Positions 1 through 9,484 of a DNA stretch of 43,612 nt are shown one piece after another. The notes under the pieces were generated by a model, which was given only the letters and a program-made list of their open reading frames with translations, was not told where the DNA came from and made no database searches. This stretch comes from Deltaproteobacteria bacterium (GTDB lineage Bacteria; Desulfobacterota; Binatia; UBA12015): NCBI GenBank assembly GCA_046583355.1, contig JAYGCM010000029.1, forward strand, positions 1-43,612, given 5' to 3'. Position numbers and translations under genes: made by a program. Every line of letters starts with the position of its first letter. Positions within the stretch are counted from its first letter, which is position 1.

Positions 1-1625
1 GCCATCGCCAGGAAATTCTCGCGGCGGTTCTTCGCCGCGGTGAGCACAAGCGCCACATTCGAGTCGTAGGCGCCAGCGAGGTTGTAGTAGACAAATGATC
101 CCGTGTCGGGATTGCGCGCGCCGATGCCTTGATCGTAGCGGATCTCGCCGTCCAGCGGCGCCGTCCAGGCCTTGATCAAGCCGCCGGCATGGGGCTGCAA
201 CGCCTGGTTGGTGGCGTTGATGCGAACCTCCAATGCGGAGATATTTCGCACCACACGCTCGGGCTTCGGCAGCCTGGCTCCGTGCACGGCCAGCACGCAC
301 ATCGCCTCGATGAGCTCTTCAATGAAGAAGCTCTCGCTGGCGTCGTCCGGGTTGGTGAATTGCAGCCGATAGGCCAGCTCGGTGACAATATGCTCGACCT
401 GGATCCGGGTATTCATCTCCATGAAGAAATGGTCGAATCCGTCAATGATACACTCGAAGGTCGAGACGGAATTAAGCTCGGTGGCCTCGCCAAAGCGCGC
501 GCCCTCGTTCTCCATGCGCTCCAAGGTGCCCTTATCGCCGCGCAGAATCTCGGCCGCCTGCGGCGCCGCCAACTCGATCTCGACGTCGAGCAGTTCCTGG
601 GTCAGCGAGATCTCGAGCAATTTCTGCTCATGCATCTGCACCGAACAATCACGCCCGCCCAAGGAGATGCACCATTTGCCATTGCCGATAAGCTGAATCT
701 CGTTATGACGCGTCGACTCCAGGTTGAGCTCGATCAGGAAGTTACGGTTCGAGCCCGGCTCGATGACCTTCGACTCGGCGAGAATATCCATCACGGCATT
801 GGCGACATCGCCTGGTGCCGCGACCACGCGCTGGCCTTTTCCGCCGCCGCCGCCGATATGCTTGAAGCGGATGCGACGGCCCGGGTAATCCGCCCAGATC
901 GCTGCGCATTCCACCCCGGCGCGTGCCTGCAATTCCTCGATGGTGACAAGCTCTCGGGTCTGGTGATAGCCGGTCTGCAGCAAGGCTTCGGCGTTTTCCG
1001 TCGCGGATTTGTCGCCGTTCCAAGTAAACGCAAGGCCATGCTCGCTGGCGATCGCGTCCAATGCGGCGGCATCCGGGGCGCGTGCGGCAAGCACGCGTGA
1101 GGAGATATCGTCAACACCCGGAATCACGGCGTTGCCGAGGCCACGCGCAAGCTTCTTGGCCTCATCCTTGGCGCCGGCCTGACGAATCACGGCGGAGGAC
1201 GGGCCGACAAACCCGAGCCCGGCGTCTTCGATGGCGGATACGAATTCGGCATCCTCGGCCATGAAGCCGTAGCCCGCGAAGAGGTGCGTGTAGTCATGAT
1301 CCTTCGCGATCGCGATGATCTCGGCGATTCTTTGGAGCTTCTCTTCCTGCCCGACGCCCATATAATCGGCAACGCGGTGGACATTCTTCGGAAAAGCCAG
1401 CGTGCGCAGCTCCGGGGCGAGACAGCGCGGGTAGGTGATCGAGTCTTTCTCGGAGAGGAGCATGCCCCACTCGCCCACACCGGCGCGCGCAAAGACCGCA
1501 AAAGCCTCCTCGCGAACCGGCCCGCGACAGACCACGAGGATCTTCATCGCGGCGAGCGAAAAGGAGCGCTGCCAGGGAGTGGCGGCGTCGGCAAAACGGA
1601 GGGTTTCCAAATTCGGATTCAACAC
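1..1625 (-). CDS. Biotin carboxylase subunit of an acyl-CoA carboxylase (3' end runs off the window)
   Basis: Not in the ORF track because it has no stop inside the window. Manual translation from GTG at 1625 (AAGGGA upstream) gives MLNPNLETLRFADAATPWQRSFSLAAMKILVVCRGPVREEAF...LLSEKDSITYPRCLAPELR, then FAGYGFMAEDAEF, FFMEMNTRIQVEH and YYNLAGAYDSNVAL. These are ATP-grasp biotin carboxylase motifs. It lies directly downstream of the carboxyltransferase. Confidence 0.9.
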   Translation of the reverse strand, partial: MLNPNLETLRFADAATPWQRSFSLAAMKILVVCRGPVREEAFAVFARAGVGEWGMLLSEKDSITYPRCLAPELRTLAFPKNVHRVADYMGVGQEEKLQRIAEIIAIAKDHDYTHLFAGYGFMAEDAEFVSAIEDAGLGFVGPSSAVIRQAGAKDEAKKLARGLGNAVIPGVDDISSRVLAARAPDAAALDAIASEHGLAFTWNGDKSATENAEALLQTGYHQTRELVTIEELQARAGVECAAIWADYPGRRIRFKHIGGGGGKGQRVVAAPGDVANAVMDILAESKVIEPGSNRNFLIELNLESTRHNEIQLIGNGKWCISLGGRDCSVQMHEQKLLEISLTQELLDVEIELAAPQAAEILRGDKGTLERMENEGARFGEATELNSVSTFECIIDGFDHFFMEMNTRIQVEHIVTELAYRLQFTNPDDASESFFIEELIEAMCVLAVHGARLPKPERVVRNISALEVRINATNQALQPHAGGLIKAWTAPLDGEIRYDQGIGARNPDTGSFVYYNLAGAYDSNVALVLTAAKNRRENFLAM

Positions 1626-1641
1626 GATGCGTTTCCCTTGC

Positions 1642-3327
1642 TCACTCAAACTCGCGCTGCGGGCCACTCATCGGCGAGGGCTCATAGGTGCGCATCAGGA
1701 AGTTCAGATTCTGTGCCAGAATCCGTCGGGACGTCCCCGGCATGACAACCCGCGAGATGGAACCAAGAGCAAGAGCCTCCTTGGGGTTCATCAACTCGCG
1801 CTCATAGCGATCGGTGAGGATCTTCAGCGCGGCGTCGCGCTCGGCCGCTGCCTCGGCCTCGGTGGCCCCACCCTTCAGCGCCTTGAGGTAGCCCGCCTGC
1901 GCGGCGCGGGTCTCGCTTTTGTAGACGAAATCCTTGCCAGCCGGCCCCATCACGGCGACCCGCGCATGCGGCATCGTAAAGACCATATTAGAGCCGACGA
2001 AATGCGAGTTGTAGCTCGCATAGGCTCCACCGAAAGCGTTGCGAATGATCAGCGTCATCGAAGGTGTGCGCAGGTCGATGATGGAGTCGAGGAACTTCCG
2101 CCCCTCGAGGATGATGCCGCTGGTCTCCTGCTCGCGGCCGGGCAGGAAGCCCGTCGTATCCTCGAGGAAGATCATCGGGATATTGTAGACATTGCAGAAG
2201 CGGATGAAGCGCGTGCCCTTGCGTGCCGCGTGGGTATCGATCTGGCCGGAGGCGACAAACGAGTTGTTCGCAACAAAGCCGACCACATGCCCGCCGATGC
2301 GGCCGAACGCCGTGACCAGGTTGCGCGCACGCGCCGGCTGCAACTCGAAATATTCGCCATGGTCACAAATCTGCTGGAGGTAGAGCGTGATATCCAGCGG
2401 CGCGTTCATGCCGGCTGGCGAATTGAACGTGCGACGGAAGAGAATATCTTCTTCCAGGGTGAAGCGGTCGACCGGATCCGAGGTCGAGCGGAAGGGTGCC
2501 AGCGAGCGATTATTGTCGGGCAGGTAGCTCAGCAGGCGCAAAGCAATCCGCAGGGAGCCCACCTCGTCAGGCGTGGTCAGATCACAAACACCATTGACCC
2601 CATGCACGCCCGGTCCGCCGAGTTCGTCGGCCGTTACCTCTTCGCCCAAGACGCTCTTCACCACGCCCGGCCCGGTCAGACCCGTGAAGGTATTCTCGGA
2701 TTGGACCATGAAGGAGCCTTGGCGCGGCAGGTAGGAGCCGCCGCCGGCATTGTAGCCGAACATCAGGCTGATGCTCGGCACCACGCCGCTGATCCGGCGC
2801 AAGGCCGTGAAGGCCTCGGAGTAGCCATCGAGCCCGCCGACACCGGCGGGCACAAATGCCCCGGCCGAGTCGTTCATGCCGATCAGCGGGATGCCGCGCT
2901 CGCCGGCCATATAGATGAGGCGGGCGAGCTTGGCGCCATTGGTCGCGTCCATCGAGCCCGCGCGCAGGGTGAAATCATGGCCGTAGACGGCCACATCGCG
3001 CCCGTCGATATTCAGGATTCCGCAGACCAGGGAAGCACCGTCGAGGTTCGGACCCCAATTCTGCCAAAACAGGTTCGGCTCCTCGCGGGTGAGGACTTTG
3101 ATCCGCTCAAAGACGGTCATGCGGCCCTTGGCGTGCTGAACCCGTACGCGGTCGAGGCCACCGCCGCGATTCGGCCGCGCTAGAAGCTCCTCGCCCAACG
3201 CCAGCGACTCATCATAAATCGAGACCGGTGCGTCGCCTGCAGCCGCGGCATCGGGTGGCGGCCCGGCAAAGGGGTTGGCAAGGGAATAGGAGGCTATCGG
3301 GACCTCTTCGGGTGCAGCATTTTCCAT
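1642..3327 (-). CDS. Acyl-CoA carboxylase, carboxyltransferase subunit
   Basis: Motifs [59 protein letters not shown]. Start moved from 3378 to ATG 3327, which has GGAG upstream. Confidence 0.93.
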   Translation of the reverse strand: MENAAPEEVPIASYSLANPFAGPPPDAAAAGDAPVSIYDESLALGEELLARPNRGGGLDRVRVQHAKGRMTVFERIKVLTREEPNLFWQNWGPNLDGASLVCGILNIDGRDVAVYGHDFTLRAGSMDATNGAKLARLIYMAGERGIPLIGMNDSAGAFVPAGVGGLDGYSEAFTALRRISGVVPSISLMFGYNAGGGSYLPRQGSFMVQSENTFTGLTGPGVVKSVLGEEVTADELGGPGVHGVNGVCDLTTPDEVGSLRIALRLLSYLPDNNRSLAPFRSTSDPVDRFTLEEDILFRRTFNSPAGMNAPLDITLYLQQICDHGEYFELQPARARNLVTAFGRIGGHVVGFVANNSFVASGQIDTHAARKGTRFIRFCNVYNIPMIFLEDTTGFLPGREQETSGIILEGRKFLDSIIDLRTPSMTLIIRNAFGGAYASYNSHFVGSNMVFTMPHARVAVMGPAGKDFVYKSETRAAQAGYLKALKGGATEAEAAAERDAALKILTDRYERELMNPKEALALGSISRVVMPGTSRRILAQNLNFLMRTYEPSPMSGPQREFE

Positions 3328-3625
3328 AATTCTCCGCTCCAAAACCCTGTTTCTACTAGACTTTTCGCGAGCTTTCACGAATTCCTTCCAGCCACCGGGG
3401 CTCCGGGTTCAGATCCTTTAACAAAACCACGGCAGCCGGCAGCTTTTCCGGGCGTGGAGGCGCAGCCGAGACGCAGTCCAGCGGTCGCCAGCGGCACTCG
3501 AATACCGCCTGACTTTTCGGCCGGACCGCTAACGACCAGACCTGCCTTGCGGGAATACCACCGCAATGGGAGAGCAATGGGGAATTGGGTCGCCGAGTCG
3601 GCCGCCATCTCTGCGGGAGAATCGA

Positions 3626-5533
3626 ATGAAAGCGCAATACCGAATCGGGGCCTTGGCCGCCCTCCTCTCTTTGCTCGCGGGTTGCGCGACGCAGGCCAGC
3701 CGCAGCACCGGAACGTGGCTCCACCCCACGACCAAGCCCGCCGCCGCCGTTCCCTGGACCGGACTCAGCGCCAACGACGCCACTGAGGATTTCCATTTCG
3801 TTGTTGTCACCGATCGCACCGGCGGCCACCGCGCCGGCGTCTTCCGCGACGCCATGGGTAAAATCAATCTGCTCGAGCCCGCCTTCGTGCTGAGCGTCGG
3901 CGACCTGATCGAAGGCTATACGGACGACCCGAAAGTACTCGACACCGAATGGAACGAGATCGCGAGCTATGTCGGCACGCTCGGCGCCCCGTTCTTCTAT
4001 GCGGCCGGCAACCACGATATGTCCAATGCCGTCATGGCCGAAACCTGGCAGGACCGCTTCGGCCCCTCCTGGTACGCCTTCGATTACAAGGATGTTCTCT
4101 TCCTCGTGCTGAACAGCGAGGCTTTCGGCATGGTGCACGATCCGAGCACTCCCGTACCGGGCCCCTTCGTGCAGGCCGAGCAAATGGCTTGGATCCAGAA
4201 GACGCTTGACGACAATGCAAGCCGGCGCTGGACCATCGTGATTGTCCACCAGCCACTTTGGGATACCCCGGAGATCCACCCGGATTGGCTCGCTGTCGAG
4301 AAGATGCTCGCCGGTCGCCCGCATACCGTCTTTGCCGGCCACCAGCACCGCTACGTCAAGCATCGCCGCAATGAACAGAGCTATATCACGCTCGCCACGA
4401 CCGGCGGCGGCAGCCCGATGCGAGGCGCGAGTTATGGCGAATTCGACGAAGTCGCCTTGGTGACGATGACAGCCGACGGGCCGGTGATCGCCAATCTCGA
4501 TCTCGAAGGAATTCACGACGAGGATCTTGTCACCAGCGAACATCGGGCCCTGAGCGAAGCCCTCGCGAAAGCAATTCGCCCCGAGGCGGAGATCCATGAG
4601 GGCGAGATCTTCACGAGCGGCCGCGCCCGTTTCCGGGTAGAGAATCCGACCGACCAAGAGCTTGTTCTGGAGGCAGACAGCCATGGCGGCGTCATGATGA
4701 CCGCGACGCCCCATCGTATTCGCACGCGGCTGGCTCCGCGCGAGATGCGAACGATCGAAATCCAACTCTCCAGCGACGCAGGAGCCCGCTTCGAGAACCT
4801 GGAAAGCGGCCGGATCCGCTGGACCCTCAAGGCCGCCGCAGACGACGGAACCCCCATCGTCGTAAAGGCCCAATATGCTCTCTTGCCGGAAAAACGCCTG
4901 CCGATCCGCCGGCGCATTGCCGCAGTCGAGATTGATGGCGACCTCGACGAATGGGCCGCGTTGTCGATCGGCAGCGGCGGCTTTGCCGAGGTAGATAATG
5001 CTGCTTCGAGCGAGGCCGGCGAGAACACGACTCTACGCTTCGCCGTCGAGCATGACGACGAGAACCTCTATATCGCCGCGCGCGTGATTGACGATATTCT
5101 CATCGCGAGTTCGGAGAAAATGGCGCGCGAGCAGGACGGCCTCACCCTGCAACTCGATATGCGCGCGGACCCGCAGCGCAGCAGCACGAGCGACCTCATG
5201 ACGGCCGTACATACCGGCGAACTCCGCCAGATAATTCTCACCACCGCGTCGCTCACCCAGCCAGCAATCGACCGGGTGACGAGCCGCTTCGTGGCGCCGC
5301 TTCCTGACGGCATGCGCCAGGCCGTGCGTCGCACGGCGGATGGTTACACGGTCGAGTTCGCGGTGCCGCTCGCGGCGATCGAGGAACACCAGGGTGCCGA
5401 TTGGCAAGCCATCCGGCTGAACCTCAGTATCTACGACACGGATACGAGCGACGAGTCGCCCATCACTCTTTGGTGGCGCCCCAACCGCTTCGGCGCACAC
5501 GCCATCCCGGCTGCCGGCACCTTCGCGCGCTAA
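3626..5533 (+). CDS. Lipoprotein: calcineurin-like metallophosphoesterase with C-terminal CBM9/DOMON-like domain
   Basis: ATG 3626 follows GGGAGA. Lipobox LLAG-C. Metallophosphoesterase motifs TDRTG, GDLIEG, GNHD, HQPLW, GHQH. C-terminal IDGDLDEW...LYIAARVIDD...GYTVEFAVP is typical of the CBM9-like fold. Confidence 0.82.
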   Translation: MKAQYRIGALAALLSLLAGCATQASRSTGTWLHPTTKPAAAVPWTGLSANDATEDFHFVVVTDRTGGHRAGVFRDAMGKINLLEPAFVLSVGDLIEGYTDDPKVLDTEWNEIASYVGTLGAPFFYAAGNHDMSNAVMAETWQDRFGPSWYAFDYKDVLFLVLNSEAFGMVHDPSTPVPGPFVQAEQMAWIQKTLDDNASRRWTIVIVHQPLWDTPEIHPDWLAVEKMLAGRPHTVFAGHQHRYVKHRRNEQSYITLATTGGGSPMRGASYGEFDEVALVTMTADGPVIANLDLEGIHDEDLVTSEHRALSEALAKAIRPEAEIHEGEIFTSGRARFRVENPTDQELVLEADSHGGVMMTATPHRIRTRLAPREMRTIEIQLSSDAGARFENLESGRIRWTLKAAADDGTPIVVKAQYALLPEKRLPIRRRIAAVEIDGDLDEWAALSIGSGGFAEVDNAASSEAGENTTLRFAVEHDDENLYIAARVIDDILIASSEKMAREQDGLTLQLDMRADPQRSSTSDLMTAVHTGELRQIILTTASLTQPAIDRVTSRFVAPLPDGMRQAVRRTADGYTVEFAVPLAAIEEHQGADWQAIRLNLSIYDTDTSDESPITLWWRPNRFGAHAIPAAGTFAR

Positions 5534-5565
5534 GCGGGCGCCCCTCCGGTGGAGGGGCGCCCGCT
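5533..5565. terminator. Perfect 15-bp GC-rich hairpin between convergent genes
   Basis: AGCGGGCGCCCCTCC-ggt-GGAGGGGCGCCCGCT, starting at the stop codon of the phosphoesterase. No U-tract on either side. Confidence 0.6.
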
Positions 5566-5620
5566 GCGCCAGAAAATCCGGCCGGATGCCGGAGAGGTAT
5601 CCACCCGTCCGGGCCGTGGA

Positions 5621-6943
5621 TCAGGGACCGGTGAAGTTCTTGCCCGCCGGGCCGGCGTTATAATTCTCTTTGGGATTATAAGCGTTGATCTCCTCGGACG
5701 ACCAGCGCGACAGCTCCGCGCGACCCACGACAAACCAATGTACCTCATCGGGGCCATCGGCCAGACGTAGTGTGCGCTGCCCGCAATAGAGCCGCGCAAG
5801 CGGTGTCCATTGCGAAACACCGGTGGCGCCGTGCATCTGGATGGCCTCGTCGATGATCCGACAAACCTTCTCAGGCACCAATGCCTTCACGCCACTCACC
5901 CAGGCTCGCGCACCCGAGTTGCCGAGCACATCCATCGCCTTGGCAGCCTTGAGAACCATCAGGCGCATGGATTCGATATCCATGCGCGCGCGCCCGATCA
6001 CTTCGGTGTTCTTGCCCAGGTTGGCGAGCTTCTTGCCAAAGGCTTCGCGGGAAAGTCCGCGCTTGGCCATCAATTCGATGGCACGCTCGGCGGCACCAAT
6101 CGAGCGCATGCAATGGTGGATCCGCCCCGGGCCGAGGCGCACCTGCGAGATCTCGAAGCCGCGCCCCTCACCGAGGAGAATATTTTCCTTCGGCACACGG
6201 CAATCCGTGAAGCGGATATGCATATGGCCGTGCGGCGCGTCGTCTTCGCCAAATACCTGCATCGCACCGAGGATCTCGAAACCCGGCGTGTCGGTCGGCA
6301 CGAGAATCTGCGATTGGCGCAGATGCGGCGGGCCGTCGTCGTTGGTGCGCACCATGACGATCATGATCTTGCAGCGCGGGTCGCCAACGCCGGAGATATA
6401 ATATTTCTCTCCGTTGAGAACCCATTCGTCACCATCGAGCTCGGCCTTGCAGGCGATATTCTTGGCGTCCGACGACGCCGTATCCGGCTCGGTCATGGCG
6501 AAGGCAGAGCGGATCTCGCCGTTGAGCAACGGCTTGAGCCATTTTTCCTTCTGCTCAGGCGTGCCCACGCGTTCGAGAACTTCCATATTGCCGGTATCGG
6601 GAGCCGAGCAATTCAGGCATTCCGAGGCGATCGGGTTCCGGCCCAACTCGGCAGCAATATAGGCGTAGTCGAGGTTCGAGAGGCCTTGGCCGGTCTCGTC
6701 GTCGGGAAGGAAGAAATTCCACAACCCCTGCGCCTTGGCCTTATCCTTCACGGTCCCGAGAAGCTCGAGCTGCCCGGGAGCCCAAGACCAGCGCTCGGCG
6801 CGACCCTCGCCCAGTTGAAAGAACTCCAAGGTGATCGGCTCGACCTCTTCGGCGATGAATTTCTTCACCTTGGCGAAAAGGGTTTTGGCCCCCTCCGACA
6901 TTCTCAGGTCGAACATTTCATCGGTTGATACTAATCCAGGCAC
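5621..6943 (-). CDS. Acyl-CoA dehydrogenase (ACAD10/11-like subfamily)
   Basis: NCSAPDTGNMEVL, SAFAMTEPD.ASSDA, RLGPGRIHHCMR, QMHGATGVSQ, RLADGPDEVH. GTG 6943 has GGAGGAG upstream; alternative start ATG 6958. Confidence 0.93.
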   Translation of the reverse strand: MPGLVSTDEMFDLRMSEGAKTLFAKVKKFIAEEVEPITLEFFQLGEGRAERWSWAPGQLELLGTVKDKAKAQGLWNFFLPDDETGQGLSNLDYAYIAAELGRNPIASECLNCSAPDTGNMEVLERVGTPEQKEKWLKPLLNGEIRSAFAMTEPDTASSDAKNIACKAELDGDEWVLNGEKYYISGVGDPRCKIMIVMVRTNDDGPPHLRQSQILVPTDTPGFEILGAMQVFGEDDAPHGHMHIRFTDCRVPKENILLGEGRGFEISQVRLGPGRIHHCMRSIGAAERAIELMAKRGLSREAFGKKLANLGKNTEVIGRARMDIESMRLMVLKAAKAMDVLGNSGARAWVSGVKALVPEKVCRIIDEAIQMHGATGVSQWTPLARLYCGQRTLRLADGPDEVHWFVVGRAELSRWSSEEINAYNPKENYNAGPAGKNFTGP

Positions 6944-7038
6944 AAACTTCTCCTCCATTCAGGCATACCACCGAAACCCTTCGGCTTTCCCGGTTGGCAT
7001 ATGCATGTGTTTTCCGTGCGGCGCGGACGCGCCTGCTT

Positions 7039-8013
7039 TCAAGGAATGATAACGACCTTGCCCTTGACCCGACGCTCCGAGAGGTCGCGCAGCGCCGTGG
7101 CGACCTCGGCAAGCGGGTAGGAGGCCGAAATATGCGGCTTGATGCGCCCCTCTTCATACCAGGAGAGCAACTCCGCGACGTTGGCGGCATGTGCCTTGGG
7201 TTCGCGCCCGACAAAGGCACCCCAGAACACACCCACTATATCGCAGTTTTTGAGCAGAACAATATTCAGCGGCAGGCGCGGGATATCCCCCGCCGCGAAG
7301 CCTATCACAAGAAAGCGACCGTCCCATGCCATCGCACGGAGCGCCAACTCCGAATAGTCGCCGCCGACCGGATCATAGAGGACATCCGCCCCTTTGCCGC
7401 CGGTCAATTCTTTGATCTTCGATTTGAGATCTTCCTGCGAATAATTGATCAACTCGTCGGCGCCATGCTCTTTGCACACAGCCAGCTTCTCGGGCGTCGA
7501 GGCGGCCGCGATCACGCGCGCGCCCATGACCTTGCCAATCTCGATTGCCGCGATCCCAACCCCACCGGCCGCACCGAGAACCACGAGATCTTCGCCGGCG
7601 CGCAGCTTGGCGCGCTGCTTCAACGCGAAATGTGAGGTGCCATAGGTCAGCAGGAAGGCCGATGCCGCCTCGAAATCCATCGAGTCGGGAATCTGGAAGC
7701 AGGCCTCAGCCGGCAAGGCGATCTCCTCGGCGAAGCCCTGCCAACCGCAATTGGCAAGAACCCGGTCGCCCACTTTCAAAGTATCTACGCCTTCACCGAG
7801 CGATTGGACCTCGCCGGCGATCTCGCCACCGGGAATAAAGGGAAGCGCCGGCTTGAACTGGTATTTATTCTCGATGATCAGCACATCGGGGAAATTCACC
7901 CCGGCGCTGCGCACGCGAATGACGACCTGGCCCGGCCCGGCCTGCGGCGCGGGCACATCCTCGATCACCAGACTCTCAGGGGGGCCATGTTTTTTACAGA
8001 GAACAGCTTTCAT
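7039..8013 (-). CDS. NADPH:quinone oxidoreductase family protein (MDR/zeta-crystallin-like)
   Basis: GVNFPD, PFIPGGE, GAAGGVG nucleotide-binding motif, IGFAAG, GKVVI. No Zn-binding Cys cluster. Confidence 0.92.
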   Translation of the reverse strand: MKAVLCKKHGPPESLVIEDVPAPQAGPGQVVIRVRSAGVNFPDVLIIENKYQFKPALPFIPGGEIAGEVQSLGEGVDTLKVGDRVLANCGWQGFAEEIALPAEACFQIPDSMDFEAASAFLLTYGTSHFALKQRAKLRAGEDLVVLGAAGGVGIAAIEIGKVMGARVIAAASTPEKLAVCKEHGADELINYSQEDLKSKIKELTGGKGADVLYDPVGGDYSELALRAMAWDGRFLVIGFAAGDIPRLPLNIVLLKNCDIVGVFWGAFVGREPKAHAANVAELLSWYEEGRIKPHISASYPLAEVATALRDLSERRVKGKVVIIP

Positions 8014-8087
8014 AAAGGTCTAATCTAGAGGCCCGAGAGGAAAGTGCAACGCTTGCCGCTGCCCGTACGAGTGGGTAGCGGAGGCAT

Positions 8088-9005
8088 ATGAGTACACCGG
8101 CTACGCCGCGGCTTCGCCGTTCCCTTCTCTTCGCGCCCGGCGACGACAGACATAAAATGACAAAGGCGACCACGGCCGATGCCGACTCCGTCATCCTCGA
8201 CCTCGAAGATGCTGTCGTCCCCGACCACAAAATCGCCGCCCGACTCACCGTCCGTGACGCGCTGCTCGAACTCGATTTCCACGGCACCGAAAAGCTCGTC
8301 CGGATCAACCCGCTGGAGACCGGGCTTGCGCTCGACGACCTCACCATCACGATGGCCGGCCACCCGGATGGCTATATGATCCCCAAGCTGCGCAGTGAAG
8401 ACGACGTCCGTTTCGTCGACCGCGCACTCAGCAACCTCGAGGCAATGGCCGGACGGGCGTCGGGCAGCGTCAAGCTGGTTCTACTCGCCACCGAAACACC
8501 CGAGGCCGTCCTGAATATCCGGCGCATCGCCCAGGCGAGCCTGCGCTCGACCGGCATGATGTGGGCAAGCGAAGACCTGTCGTCTGCGCTCGGCTCACGG
8601 CGCAGCCGCAACGAGGACGGCTCGCTACCCGATGTCTTCTCGTTTGCCCGCTCGGCCGCCCTGCTCGCCGCTGCGGCAACCGGGATGGAACCTCTCGATA
8701 TGCCGTATTTCGATTTCCACGATGACGCGGGCCTCGAGAAAGAAGCGCGCGAAGCCGCCGGACTCGGCTTCAGCGGCAAGGGCGCCATCCATCCAAACCA
8801 GGTGCCGATCATCAACCGCGTCTTCATCCCCACCGAAGAAGAGGTCGCCGAAGCCAACACCCTGCTTGCCGCTGCTCGTGAAGCCTTCGCCGCGGGCCAG
8901 GCCGCTTTTGTCTACAAAGGTGCGATGGTCGACGCGCCGCATATCAACCGGGCGCGCCGGATTGTCGCGCGAGCCGACGCCGCCTCCGCGGCCATCACGA
9001 GATAG
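8088..9005 (+). CDS. CitE/HpcH-HpaI family CoA-ester lyase
   Basis: RRSLLFAPG, ILDLEDAV, VRIN, MIPK, ASEDL, GFSGKGAIHPNQV, MVDAPH. SD GGAGG. Confidence 0.9.
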   Translation: MSTPATPRLRRSLLFAPGDDRHKMTKATTADADSVILDLEDAVVPDHKIAARLTVRDALLELDFHGTEKLVRINPLETGLALDDLTITMAGHPDGYMIPKLRSEDDVRFVDRALSNLEAMAGRASGSVKLVLLATETPEAVLNIRRIAQASLRSTGMMWASEDLSSALGSRRSRNEDGSLPDVFSFARSAALLAAAATGMEPLDMPYFDFHDDAGLEKEAREAAGLGFSGKGAIHPNQVPIINRVFIPTEEEVAEANTLLAAAREAFAAGQAAFVYKGAMVDAPHINRARRIVARADAASAAITR

Positions 9006-9016
9006 GGAGAGAAGCC

Positions 9017-9361
9017 ATGTCCACGAATTTACGCCTGGAGAAATGCGTTGCCTGCAACCGCGATGCACCGCGGGTAACGGACGAAGAGCGGCGCGAGCTC
9101 TCCGCGCAGATCCCGGAGTGGGAAATCATCGAGGTCGGTGAGATTCCGCGCCTGACACGGCTCTATAAAGTCAAGAATTTCGTCGCGGCACTCGACCTGA
9201 CCAATCGCGTCGGCGCCATCGCCGAAGAGCAGGCCCACCATCCCGAGATCGTGACCGAATGGGGCAAGGTCCGCGTGACCTGGTGGACCCACAAGATCAA
9301 AGGCCTGCACCGCAACGATTTCGTCATGGCAGCCCGAACCGACGAGCTCGCGGCAGACTGA
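9017..9361 (+). CDS. phhB: Pterin-4-alpha-carbinolamine dehydratase
   Basis: Catalytic motif AEEQAHHPEIVTEWGKV...WTHKIKGLHRNDFVMAARTD; 114 aa. Confidence 0.93.
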   Translation: MSTNLRLEKCVACNRDAPRVTDEERRELSAQIPEWEIIEVGEIPRLTRLYKVKNFVAALDLTNRVGAIAEEQAHHPEIVTEWGKVRVTWWTHKIKGLHRNDFVMAARTDELAAD

Positions 9362-9484
9362 CGCCGCCCGCGAACTCATCCGGCTGGCAGCTACCTGATC
9401 TCGCGGCTGGCATAGCCCGATCCTGCACGCCATACGACAAACGCCCCGCCACCTGCTCTAAATGGGGAACGAGGAGCGTTTCGC

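Noticed and set aside
129..3183. Long plus-strand ORFs (129-1100, 1435-3183) and similar antisense ORFs elsewhere (3356-4873, 5810-6928, 9506-10702, 33433-35601, 39058-40677)
   Set aside because: They lie exactly opposite well-supported genes, have no recognisable motifs, and are expected shadows of high-GC codon bias.
3400..3420. GGGTTCAGATCC resembling a tRNA T-arm
   Set aside because: No acceptor stem, D-arm or anticodon arm can be built around it.
9405..9430. TGGCA...TGCA as a sigma54 promoter for the sulfatase operon
   Set aside because: The GG to GC spacing is not the required 10 nt.
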